Shown here: positions 7,836 through 17,274 of the stretch, piece by piece
Numbering within the stretch: the first letter of the stretch is position 1
Layout of the letters: every line of letters begins with the position of its first letter
Assembly (NCBI GenBank): GCA_964443095.1
Contig: CAYUBO010000001.1
Coordinates: forward strand, 1-26,484
DNA length: 26,484 bases
From: an uncultured Candidatus Peribacteria bacterium
GTDB lineage: Bacteria > Patescibacteriota > Gracilibacteria > Peribacterales > Peribacteraceae
Reading direction: 5' to 3'
Translations under genes and position numbers: made by a program
Notes under the pieces: generated by a model
Seen by the model: only the letters and a program-made list of their open reading frames with translations
Database searches by the model: none
Told to the model about the DNA's origin: nothing

Positions 7836-8186
7836 ATGAAAAGACTCCTCCTATTAACATCGGCGATTCTCCTCACATCCTGTAATCCTGTTACTCCGAA
7901 AGAAGATATTGATGACGAGCTCCCACCTGCACAGACTGTCGAGGAGGCATTCCAGAGAAAGTACCCCGAAGCTGGGAACATAGTCGTTATAGTTAATCAG
8001 TCTTCATCAACAAGATCTCACATTCGCGGGATGGTTAAGATTGATGGACAAGGTGGACTTTTCCTTGCAGCGAATATTGATGGTGGATGGGTAATTGCTT
8101 TTGATGGCAACGGAGCAATCCCCTGCTCTCTTTACGTTGAGTTCCGGTTCCCCGAAGAAATGCTTAAAGATTGCGCAGATATTTAA
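7836..8186 (+). CDS. Hypothetical lipoprotein
   Basis: MKRLLLLTSAILLTS-C lipobox; 116 aa; two further Cys near the C-terminus; 9 nt after the racemase stop. Confidence 0.75.
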   Translation: MKRLLLLTSAILLTSCNPVTPKEDIDDELPPAQTVEEAFQRKYPEAGNIVVIVNQSSSTRSHIRGMVKIDGQGGLFLAANIDGGWVIAFDGNGAIPCSLYVEFRFPEEMLKDCADI

Positions 8187-8213
8187 AAAGTGCGACTTCG
8201 GAAATGTGATTTT

Positions 8214-8241
8214 TTGACTACTCACAACTTAAGAGTATTTT
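8214..8241 (+). promoter_or_regulatory. Promoter TTGACT-N16-TATTTT, 6 nt before GTG 8248 (leaderless type)
   Basis: Read directly from sequence. Confidence 0.6.
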
Positions 8242-8247
8242 CTGCGC

Positions 8248-8910
8248 GTGCCAGCACTCCACCCGATCAGACCACGATTGGATGACCCCCCGGATGTAGA
8301 CCTCGAAGACCTCGATGGGAAGTTGAACTTTAACATGATGGCAGGAATCCTCTTTACTAATGAATCAATGCGCAATGTTGTTGCCCCTCACGGATCAACA
8401 AATGTATTGATTGTTCGCGATAAGCACATAGAACTCCCTGATGGTGTGAATACCTTCCGCAGAGGACCTGCTGTTGAAGGATCATCTACCCCATACTGGG
8501 CAGCAAATGAAAACGTACGTGCACCGGACATTCTCCCTTTTTCTCTTCCAAATATTGATCAGCTTGAGCTCTCGCCCGGACTTCATGTGCCTGATGATGT
8601 ATTAATAGCAAGAATCCAAGCAGCTGTTCAAAGTGAAAAAGCAAAAGTAAATGGTACACCACAGAGAGAAACGACAAGAATGATCAGGAGAATAGGAGCT
8701 GAGCAAAGGAGACGATTCTTTACATTCCCAAGAAATCGCAAAGGAGAGAACATGGATAACCTTACTATCCGCACATGGAGCAAAGAAGAAGAATCGAATC
8801 TCTGGTGGGAACTTCTTTCCTCTCAAGTTTTCGTAACAGAAAAAGATCTTGCACAAAGAAGTAGAGCTAGGCCATCTCAAGCGTCAAGCATTGTTGCTCA
8901 ATTTAGTTAA
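8248..8910 (+). CDS. Hypothetical protein (220 aa, soluble)
   Basis: Only long ORF filling the gap; has its own promoter; no motif recognised. Confidence 0.6.
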   Translation: MPALHPIRPRLDDPPDVDLEDLDGKLNFNMMAGILFTNESMRNVVAPHGSTNVLIVRDKHIELPDGVNTFRRGPAVEGSSTPYWAANENVRAPDILPFSLPNIDQLELSPGLHVPDDVLIARIQAAVQSEKAKVNGTPQRETTRMIRRIGAEQRRRFFTFPRNRKGENMDNLTIRTWSKEEESNLWWELLSSQVFVTEKDLAQRSRARPSQASSIVAQFS

Positions 8911-8911
8911 A

Positions 8912-10564
8912 CTATTTACCTATTATTTCACTGAGCTTCTCTCTTGCAACCTGCATGTTTGGTTCATAGCGCAGAACCTCTTCCAGATAATTGATCGCGA
9001 GATCTGTTTCTCCCTTTGCATCTAGTAGCATCGCAAGATTAAACATTGCAAACACATTATCTCTATCCAATTCGATTGCATTCTGGAACGCATCAATAGC
9101 TTGTGTACCGTAACCTAAACGAACCGATGCGACTCCAACGTTTACCCATGCACGTTCATGATCCGGATTGATCCCCACTGCCTTTTTGCTTGCATCAAGT
9201 GATTCTTCCCATCTCTCCAACTCAGCAAGTGTTACACCGAGGTTGTAGTACGTTCGTGTTGTCTCCTCAACCTCAATTGCCTTTTGATAATGGTCTATCG
9301 CCTTTTGATAATCACCATTACGGTGATGGAAGTAGCCGACGTTGTTATGTGCTATTACTGAATCGGGATAATCAGCAAGAACTTTCTGGAAGAGACTCAT
9401 CGTATCTTTCCATACAATTGATTGTTGCATTGAAAGCATGGAGAAGATTGCAACGAGAATGATGAATAGTAATCTGACGTATCTTCTCTTCTGCCAGAGA
9501 TACCAGATGAAGAGACTGATGATGAGGATTATGCCAACTGACGGCAGATACGCGTATCTGTCTGATGCAAAGTAGATGCGTGCGAGGTCATCCCCTTTTC
9601 TATAGTTTCCGAATGTAGGAACAAGTGTGATCAAAAAGAACACTAGTCCGAATACCAGAGTTCGATGCTCTCTGAATCGACGAATAATCATAATTAATCC
9701 AATCAAGACAAGGGCAGACAAGATGATATCTATATTGAGAAGTGACACTTCCTTCGTATACGGATACATCACAGAAAGATTTGTCGGTACGATCAGTTTT
9801 GAAAGATAAAAAGAAAAACTCCTGATTGAGACAAGGAAAGTCTCGATCAATGGCGCTTCCGCATTCGGATTCTTTCCACCAAGTGCAATGATCAAAAACA
9901 CTACAGCCAGTACAAAGAATGGAATCTTTTCTTTATAAACATTCTTCTTAAACTTTCGTCCTTCTTTGTAATCGATCAATAACAATGCGAAGGGCAAAGT
10001 GATTACTGATACTTTTGAGAGTAGCCCTAATACGTACGTTGCGATTGTCCAATTAAATAATTTTTTCTCTTTTGATCGAACGTATTTGAGGTACAGGACC
10101 AAGCTCAGAAGATAGAAAAGTGCTGAGAGAAGATCTTTCTTCCCGCTCGCCCAAGCAATAGCTTCTGTGTGGAGCGGATGGATCAGAAAGAGCAACCCTG
10201 CGATCAATCCGATCTTTTTTTGCTTCGTAAGAATCGTGAGAAAGTAAAGTACAAGCAGTGAGTTGATAACATGGAGGATGAGACTGCTTAGATGAAACAT
10301 AAACGGACTCCCATGCCCGAGGAATTTATCAACCATGTAACTTACAAACGTTAGCGGAATGTAGAGTTCAGGATCGTAACTTAGAAATGCTTTGCCGATT
10401 TGATACTCCTGCACAATCGGATTGTCATAGATCAACATCCCATCATCAAATTCTACAAATCCATTGAAGAGCGAAGCTGCATAAATTAGAACTCCTAGAA
10501 GTAGGAATCCCCCACCGATCCTTACAGCTTTTAGCTTGCAGCTTTTAGCTTCTAGAAAATTCAT
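8912..10564 (-). CDS. TMTC-like (GT-C) putative protein O-glycosyltransferase with C-terminal TPRs
   Basis: FDDGMLIYDNP acidic loop, YIPLTFVSY, FHLSSLILH, HPLHTEAIAWASG, LLSK, SDRYAYLPS, W-KD...LF and 4-5 TPRs. TAGGAT -10 lies 6 nt before the ATG. Confidence 0.8.
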   Translation of the reverse strand: MNFLEAKSCKLKAVRIGGGFLLLGVLIYAASLFNGFVEFDDGMLIYDNPIVQEYQIGKAFLSYDPELYIPLTFVSYMVDKFLGHGSPFMFHLSSLILHVINSLLVLYFLTILTKQKKIGLIAGLLFLIHPLHTEAIAWASGKKDLLSALFYLLSLVLYLKYVRSKEKKLFNWTIATYVLGLLSKVSVITLPFALLLIDYKEGRKFKKNVYKEKIPFFVLAVVFLIIALGGKNPNAEAPLIETFLVSIRSFSFYLSKLIVPTNLSVMYPYTKEVSLLNIDIILSALVLIGLIMIIRRFREHRTLVFGLVFFLITLVPTFGNYRKGDDLARIYFASDRYAYLPSVGIILIISLFIWYLWQKRRYVRLLFIILVAIFSMLSMQQSIVWKDTMSLFQKVLADYPDSVIAHNNVGYFHHRNGDYQKAIDHYQKAIEVEETTRTYYNLGVTLAELERWEESLDASKKAVGINPDHERAWVNVGVASVRLGYGTQAIDAFQNAIELDRDNVFAMFNLAMLLDAKGETDLAINYLEEVLRYEPNMQVAREKLSEIIGK

Positions 10565-10634
10565 AAAAGTATCCTATATAAAAACATCAAATTGAGCTAA
10601 GTATGCTTTTTTTTGTTGACGAACTACACACCTA

Positions 10635-10684
10635 TTGGCACTCTATAAACCCGACTGCTAGCAGATCAGTTATTTGACTGCTAA
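10635..10684 (+). promoter_or_regulatory. CIRCE (HrcA operator), two overlapping copies
   Basis: TTGGCACTC-N9-GACTGCTAG (10635-10661) and CTAGCAGAT-N9-GACTGCTAA (10658-10684) versus consensus TTAGCACTC-N9-GAGTGCTAA, directly upstream of groES. Confidence 0.75.
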
Positions 10685-10726
10685 GAGCCGAATTTAGCTT
10701 CCATTAGCCATTTTCCCCAAATCACC

Positions 10727-11047
10727 ATGGCAGACAGCGACCTCACAGTAACCATCCAGCCTATCGGAGATAGAGTGGTTGTACGCCCTCTTGAGCGTGA
10801 ACAGGTTACGAAATCGGGCATTGTTATTCCTGATACAGCTTCTGAAGATAAACCTCAGGAAGGAGAAGTTATTGCTCTTGGAGAAGGAAACGTTGGGAAA
10901 GACTGCATTAACCCTAAAGACTTCCTGAAGGTCGGAGACAAAGTTCTCTTTGGTCGCTACGCCGGTGATGATGTGAAATTAAAAACTAAAGATGGAAAAG
11001 AAGTGGAAGTAAAAATTCTCCACGGCGATTCCATTTTAGGAAAAGTA

Positions 11048-11053
<6 letters not shown>
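10727..11053 (+). CDS. groES: Co-chaperonin GroES
   Basis: IQPIGDRVVV, TKSGIVIPDTA mobile loop, LKVGDKVLFGRYAG. Confidence 0.97.
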
Positions 11054-12742
<1,689 letters not shown>

Positions 12743-12761
12743 GTCTAAAGATCAAAATAAG

Positions 12762-12785
12762 GCCCCTGCGAGAGCGGGGGCTTTT
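12762..12785 (+). terminator. groESL intrinsic terminator
   Basis: GCCCCTGC-GAGA-GCGGGGGC then TTTT: 8 bp with a GNRA loop. Confidence 0.85.
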
Positions 12786-12794
12786 AAAATCCCC

Positions 12795-12824
12795 TAGACA
12801 AAGCCAAAAAGTCCACTGTATAGT
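12795..12824 (+). promoter_or_regulatory. Promoter TAGACA-N18-TATAGT for the micro-lipoprotein at 12855
   Basis: Read directly; lies just after the groEL terminator. Confidence 0.6.
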
Positions 12825-12854
12825 ATCTCCCAATTCGTTTTTCCCCATCCATCC

Positions 12855-12983
12855 ATGAAAAAGTTTATTGCAATCTCCAGCGTCTTGCTGCTCACAGCAT
12901 GCCAGGCACAGGTCGCACCGGAAGGTGAAGCACCTGAGGTAGAAGGAGAAGAGGCAGCTCAGGAAGAAGTCGTAGAAGAGTAG
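12855..12983 (+). CDS. 42-aa acidic micro-lipoprotein (not in ORF track): MKKFIAISSVLLLTACQAQVAPEGEAPEVEGEEAAQEEVVEE
   Basis: Lipobox LTA-C; N-terminus clearly paralogous to 13064..13288; has its own promoter and terminator. Confidence 0.85.
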   Translation: MKKFIAISSVLLLTACQAQVAPEGEAPEVEGEEAAQEEVVEE

Positions 12984-13006
12984 TCTTTCTCACCCTTACA
13001 GATACT

Positions 13007-13029
13007 AAAGCCCCTATTTCGGGGCTTTT
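13007..13029 (+). terminator. Intrinsic terminator after the acidic micro-lipoprotein
   Basis: AAAGCCCC-TATTTC-GGGGCTTT-T. Confidence 0.85.
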
Positions 13030-13030
13030 C

Positions 13031-13039
13031 TGTTATACT
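13031..13039 (+). promoter_or_regulatory. Extended -10 (TGt-TATACT) for 13064..14355
   Basis: Immediately after the terminator and 24 nt before ATG 13064. Confidence 0.6.
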
Positions 13040-13063
13040 CAAATCACTTAACCCCTTTGATGT

Positions 13064-13288
13064 ATGAAAAAACTCATCGCAATTACAAGTGTTTTGTTTC
13101 TAACGGCCTGTCAGGCACAAATAGTTCCCGAAGGGGCTCCTGATGAGGAACCACAAGACGGACAAGCATTTAATGAATGCGGAACTAACGGTGTTAAGTG
13201 TTCATGTAACAAGCTCGTTGCAGTAGATGACACAGCTCCCAGCAAAGGAGGTTGTGGATGTGGCAGTAAGTCCTGCAGGAGAATCTAG
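13064..13288 (+). CDS. 74-aa lipoprotein with Cys-rich C-terminus
   Basis: Lipobox LTA-C; six further Cys arranged as C-x6-C-x-C and C-x-C-x4-C. Confidence 0.85.
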   Translation: MKKLIAITSVLFLTACQAQIVPEGAPDEEPQDGQAFNECGTNGVKCSCNKLVAVDDTAPSKGGCGCGSKSCRRI

Positions 13289-13299
13289 CTACCCTCTAT

Positions 13300-14355
13300 A
13301 TGACTGAGAGTTGCCACATGGAACACGGGGCAAGAAAGAAACCTCGCCCGGATATAATCCTCCGCAGCTCCATTGCTTTAATTATTCTTTCGTACGGGAC
13401 GTATCTTTTCCTCCCTGAGATAACAGGAAGTTTCGTTCCGCTCTATAATTTCACATCCACAATATTCGAATTGATGAACAAGATGTGGTGGGGAGTTCTG
13501 CTTGGAATCTTCTTTGTTGGACTTCTGGACCAGATTCCACGCGAGTTCATCATGACAGTGTTGGGTAAGGACGGAAAAGTGAAAGGGATATTCCGTGCAA
13601 CACTTGCTGGAGTTCTTCTTGATCTATGCAGTCACGGGATTCTTCTTGTTGGAATGAAGCTCTACAAACGTGGTGCAAGCCTTGGGCAAGTGATGGCATT
13701 TCTGATAGCAAGCCCGTGGAATTCATTATCACTTACTTTAATCCTTTGGGCATTGGTCGGATTCAAATGGATGATTGCAATGCTTCTTCTTTCGATAGTG
13801 ATAGCTATCATTTCCGGATTGATTTTTGAAGTACTGACTGCGAAAGGCGTGCTCCCGAAGAACCCGAATGCGAGAGCCATTGATGAAAATTTCAACTTCT
13901 GGGGTGAGACAAAGAAAGGACTTTCAAAATTCCGCCCAACTCCCACTTGGTTTGTGAGAAGTACATTGATGGGGCTCGGAGATTCAAAGATGATCTTACG
14001 GTGGATCTTCTTTGGTGTTGTTCTCGCTGCAGCAGTACGAACATTTGTTTCACCGGAAGCCTTTGCAACGTTCTTTGGTCCGACTGCAATGGGTCTTTTG
14101 ATTACTGTAATTGTCGCAACGCTGCTCGAAGTCTGTAGCGAAGGATCATTACCGATAGCTGCTGACATACTCACACGTGCGGGCGCACCAGGAAATGCAT
14201 TCACGTTCCTGATGACAGGAGTATCAACGGATTACACTGAGGTTCTCTCCTTAAAAGAAACAACCCGATCATGGAAAGTAGCATTATTCCTCCCACTAGT
14301 AACCGTCCCACAAGTGATAGCAATAGGATTGATCTTAAATAAATTCGTATCCTAG
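13300..14355 (+). CDS. Predicted permease, DUF318/ArsP-like family
   Basis: Internal two-fold repeat LDLCSHG...GASLGQVMAFLIASP and LEVCSEG...GAPGNAFTFLMTG; about 8-10 TM; Cys/His in the N-terminus. Confidence 0.8.
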   Translation: MTESCHMEHGARKKPRPDIILRSSIALIILSYGTYLFLPEITGSFVPLYNFTSTIFELMNKMWWGVLLGIFFVGLLDQIPREFIMTVLGKDGKVKGIFRATLAGVLLDLCSHGILLVGMKLYKRGASLGQVMAFLIASPWNSLSLTLILWALVGFKWMIAMLLLSIVIAIISGLIFEVLTAKGVLPKNPNARAIDENFNFWGETKKGLSKFRPTPTWFVRSTLMGLGDSKMILRWIFFGVVLAAAVRTFVSPEAFATFFGPTAMGLLITVIVATLLEVCSEGSLPIAADILTRAGAPGNAFTFLMTGVSTDYTEVLSLKETTRSWKVALFLPLVTVPQVIAIGLILNKFVS

Positions 14356-14370
14356 GACTCTTAGGACTCT
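14353..14370. repeat. 9-mer direct repeat TAGGACTCT x2 between convergent stop codons
   Basis: Exact tandem duplication read from sequence. Confidence 0.8.
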
Positions 14371-16794
14371 TTATACTTTGAGATCTTCCTTTCTTATATA
14401 TATCTCATCACCTCTCTTCACTTCATTATTCAACATGTAGTCTGCAATGTAGTTTTCTAATACCTCTGTAATTGTTCTGCGCATTTCTCGTGCACCGAAG
14501 TCAACGCTGTACCCCTTCTCTGCAATCGCACGGACTGCATCTTCTTCTAATCTGAGTGAGATGCCTTTCTTCTCCTGCAGATCGTTTATGATGCTTGTGA
14601 TCATAAGGATCGCAACTTGAACTGCTTCTTCCTGAGAAAGAGGCTCATAAAGAATCACTTCATCGAATCGGTTTACAAACTCCGGGGTGAAGGTGCCTTC
14701 TTTGATGATGGTGTCGATCAATGATTTCTTGAACTGTTCCTTATCCGCACCTTTGTTCTTTGTGATGAAATCGCGAATGAATAGTGCTCCTGCATTAGAC
14801 GTGGCAATGATGACCGTATTCCTAAAGTCTGTCTTTGCTCCTCTGCTATCTGTGAGCATTCCTTCATCCAGTATCTGAAGAAATAGGTTAAGAACTTTCT
14901 TATCTGCTTTCTCAATCTCATCCAAAAGCACAACGGAGAACGGGTGGTCTTGGACCTGTTGCGTTAGGAAGCTCTCGCTTCCGGAACCTGGATCCGGTGA
15001 TCCGATTATCCCGTAGATGGAATCATCATTGCTGTACTCGTTCATGTCTAATCGGATTAAGCTGTCGACTGATCCGAAGTAGAGCTCTGCAAGCGCCTTC
15101 GCAGTTTGAGTTTTTCCAACTCCGGTTGGGCCTAGGAATAGGAAAGTCCCAAGGGGCCTATCTCCTTCATTAATGTCTAGCTTTGCACGCTTGAGAGTAT
15201 TCACAAGTGCGGTAAGTGCATAACGCTGACCAACGATACATTCACCTAGTTGTTCCTCCAGATGAATAAGTTTGTCTTTCTCATCTGTTGATACTTTCTG
15301 CACATTCATCTTGGCCTTTAGAGATACGATCTCCCGTATGTGACCATCTAATACAATCTTTTGACCTGCGTTCTTCGCTGCGAGAACAGCATCTCTAAGT
15401 ACATCGACAGCCTTCCCTGGGAAGCCACCCTTCGTAACATATCGCTTTGTGAGATCTACTATTGATTTGAGTGCTTTGTATGTGACGTTTACATGAGACT
15501 GATGTTCGAGCTTAAAGTACTCTTCCATAAGAACTCCCATAGTCTCTTCGTCTGAAGCATCTTCCAGAGGAATCTTCTCAAACATTGAATCGAGTGCGCT
15601 GTCTGTCTTAACAAGTGAGTGATAATCCTGACTGTCTGCAATTCCTACAACAAATATGTTCTTTTCCTGAAGGAACTTGCTGAGTATCCCCTTCATCTTA
15701 GTATCTCCACTCTGCAGGAAAAGTCCGATGTTTTCTATTACAAGAACGAACTTACCTGACTTGTTTGCAGTCTTGAGTGCATCCAGAAGAATTTGATCCG
15801 GCTTATCGTATCCGGAAAGAAGCTCCTGTGCTTTAAGAAGCCTAACCTGCGTGAACCTAAGATTATGCTCTCGTTCATGCATCCTTAGCATGTATGCAAT
15901 GTTATTTACGAATGTTCTTTTACCCACTCCTGTTCTTCCTGTAATTAGAACATTGTGTTGAGATGAACGACTCAGAACATGAATAGTGCTTTGAATCTGT
16001 TCTTTGTGTATTACAACCTCAAGCTTTCCCTGGAACCGAATCTTATTACTGATATTTTCTGTAAGCGTATCAAATACATTTGTATATCCCTGCACCCAGC
16101 TTCTTCCAAGACTACCGAATTTTTTTACGAGCCCGTTTGGACTGAACAATGGATCTCTTGTGACTTTCAATCGATTGTGAAATATTTCCCACTGAAGAAT
16201 ATGCTTCATGTCTTCCATAGAAATATCACATTCATTTAGAAGTTGATTAAACAGATCTCCCTGCTGCATGAATAAGAACAGAATTACATTTGCATCAATC
16301 TTCTTCTCTTTGAAGACAGGCATTAGCTGCTGTGCTTCTTTAATAAACTCAACTACCTGAACTCCACTCAATTCTTCCTTGCATCGCTCAAGTATGTCTT
16401 TCTTCTCGAGACCCATTTCATCAAGAATAAATTTACCGCGGTCTGTGGATGCAGCTGCATTCAAGAGTGCCTCCGCAGTTATATGCCTTTTGTGCCTTAA
16501 TCTTTTAACAAGTTCATAGCTAAGTTGTGATGCAATGTTTCCTTTAACTAGTGCAGGCTCTTCATCATTTGCAAGTTCTTCAATTACAAATCTGTTTATG
16601 ATGCGAAGCATTACAGTGAGTAGCAATACTCCAACAACTAGCGGTGTCCAGTAATGCGTCTGCCAATCATGAAGTGCAATCGGCAGAAGGAATGCTCCGC
16701 AAATGATCAGAAGTATCGGACCCTCTAGTGCGCTACGGAACACGAATGCCGCGTAGGATTTTGTGCCTGTAATATCAAAAGACTGTCCGAACAT
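14371..16794 (-). CDS. ClpA/ClpB-family AAA+ ATPase with two N-terminal TM helices
   Basis: D2 motifs GPTGVGKT, RLDMNEY, VLLDEIEKA, IIATSN, PEFVNRFD, GAREMRR; D1 Walker A GRTGVGK. Start at ATG 16794 (TAATG overlap with the upstream gene) preferred to 16860. Confidence 0.88.
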   Translation of the reverse strand: MFGQSFDITGTKSYAAFVFRSALEGPILLIICGAFLLPIALHDWQTHYWTPLVVGVLLLTVMLRIINRFVIEELANDEEPALVKGNIASQLSYELVKRLRHKRHITAEALLNAAASTDRGKFILDEMGLEKKDILERCKEELSGVQVVEFIKEAQQLMPVFKEKKIDANVILFLFMQQGDLFNQLLNECDISMEDMKHILQWEIFHNRLKVTRDPLFSPNGLVKKFGSLGRSWVQGYTNVFDTLTENISNKIRFQGKLEVVIHKEQIQSTIHVLSRSSQHNVLITGRTGVGKRTFVNNIAYMLRMHEREHNLRFTQVRLLKAQELLSGYDKPDQILLDALKTANKSGKFVLVIENIGLFLQSGDTKMKGILSKFLQEKNIFVVGIADSQDYHSLVKTDSALDSMFEKIPLEDASDEETMGVLMEEYFKLEHQSHVNVTYKALKSIVDLTKRYVTKGGFPGKAVDVLRDAVLAAKNAGQKIVLDGHIREIVSLKAKMNVQKVSTDEKDKLIHLEEQLGECIVGQRYALTALVNTLKRAKLDINEGDRPLGTFLFLGPTGVGKTQTAKALAELYFGSVDSLIRLDMNEYSNDDSIYGIIGSPDPGSGSESFLTQQVQDHPFSVVLLDEIEKADKKVLNLFLQILDEGMLTDSRGAKTDFRNTVIIATSNAGALFIRDFITKNKGADKEQFKKSLIDTIIKEGTFTPEFVNRFDEVILYEPLSQEEAVQVAILMITSIINDLQEKKGISLRLEEDAVRAIAEKGYSVDFGAREMRRTITEVLENYIADYMLNNEVKRGDEIYIRKEDLKV

Positions 16795-17210
16795 TATCCG
16801 TAGAACGAAGCGAGAATGAATATCACTCCCTGAATAAACAGAAGTGGGAATGTAATCCACGTCAGGAAGTAAACAATGTAGAACTGAAGCAATATGATCT
16901 GTGCAACTAATCCGAATGCGATCGTAACTATTCTGAATATAAAGCCGATTACACGAGCCGTGATATTCAAAGTAAGCGTCTGCATAATTTGCCCAAACGC
17001 CATGAGGTTCTTTGGATACTTATCTGTAATATTTTTCCACGGTGAGAAGAGCGTCATTATCAAGAACGGGATCGAGATGATCTCGTTGAAGGCTGTTAAG
17101 TACGCGATGTAGTTTTTAATGATTCGAACAGGTTCCTCTACGAAATACCAATGCGGCAACCTGATCGCTATTGCAGCGAGCAGGAACGGATGCCTACAGA
17201 GGTGTATCAC
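16794..17210 (-). CDS. Small hypothetical membrane protein translationally coupled to the Clp ATPase
   Basis: About 138 aa from GTG 17210; WYF, TLFSPWK and RVIGFIFR motifs with hydrophobic helices. The longer 17357 start would overlap tmk and lie upstream of the TATAAT at 17244-17249. Confidence 0.75.
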   Translation of the reverse strand: MIHLCRHPFLLAAIAIRLPHWYFVEEPVRIIKNYIAYLTAFNEIISIPFLIMTLFSPWKNITDKYPKNLMAFGQIMQTLTLNITARVIGFIFRIVTIAFGLVAQIILLQFYIVYFLTWITFPLLFIQGVIFILASFYG

Positions 17211-17243
17211 TCCGAACAGAGTCAGTTTTGGTATTATCCTGTA

Positions 17244-17267
17244 ATTATAGCAAAAAACTGCTATTCT
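17244..17267. promoter_or_regulatory. Back-to-back divergent extended -10 promoters
   Basis: Minus strand TGc-TATAAT (17244-17252); plus strand TGc-TATTCT (17259-17267), 7 nt before the tmk ATG. Confidence 0.65.
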
Positions 17268-17274
17268 TTGAAGG

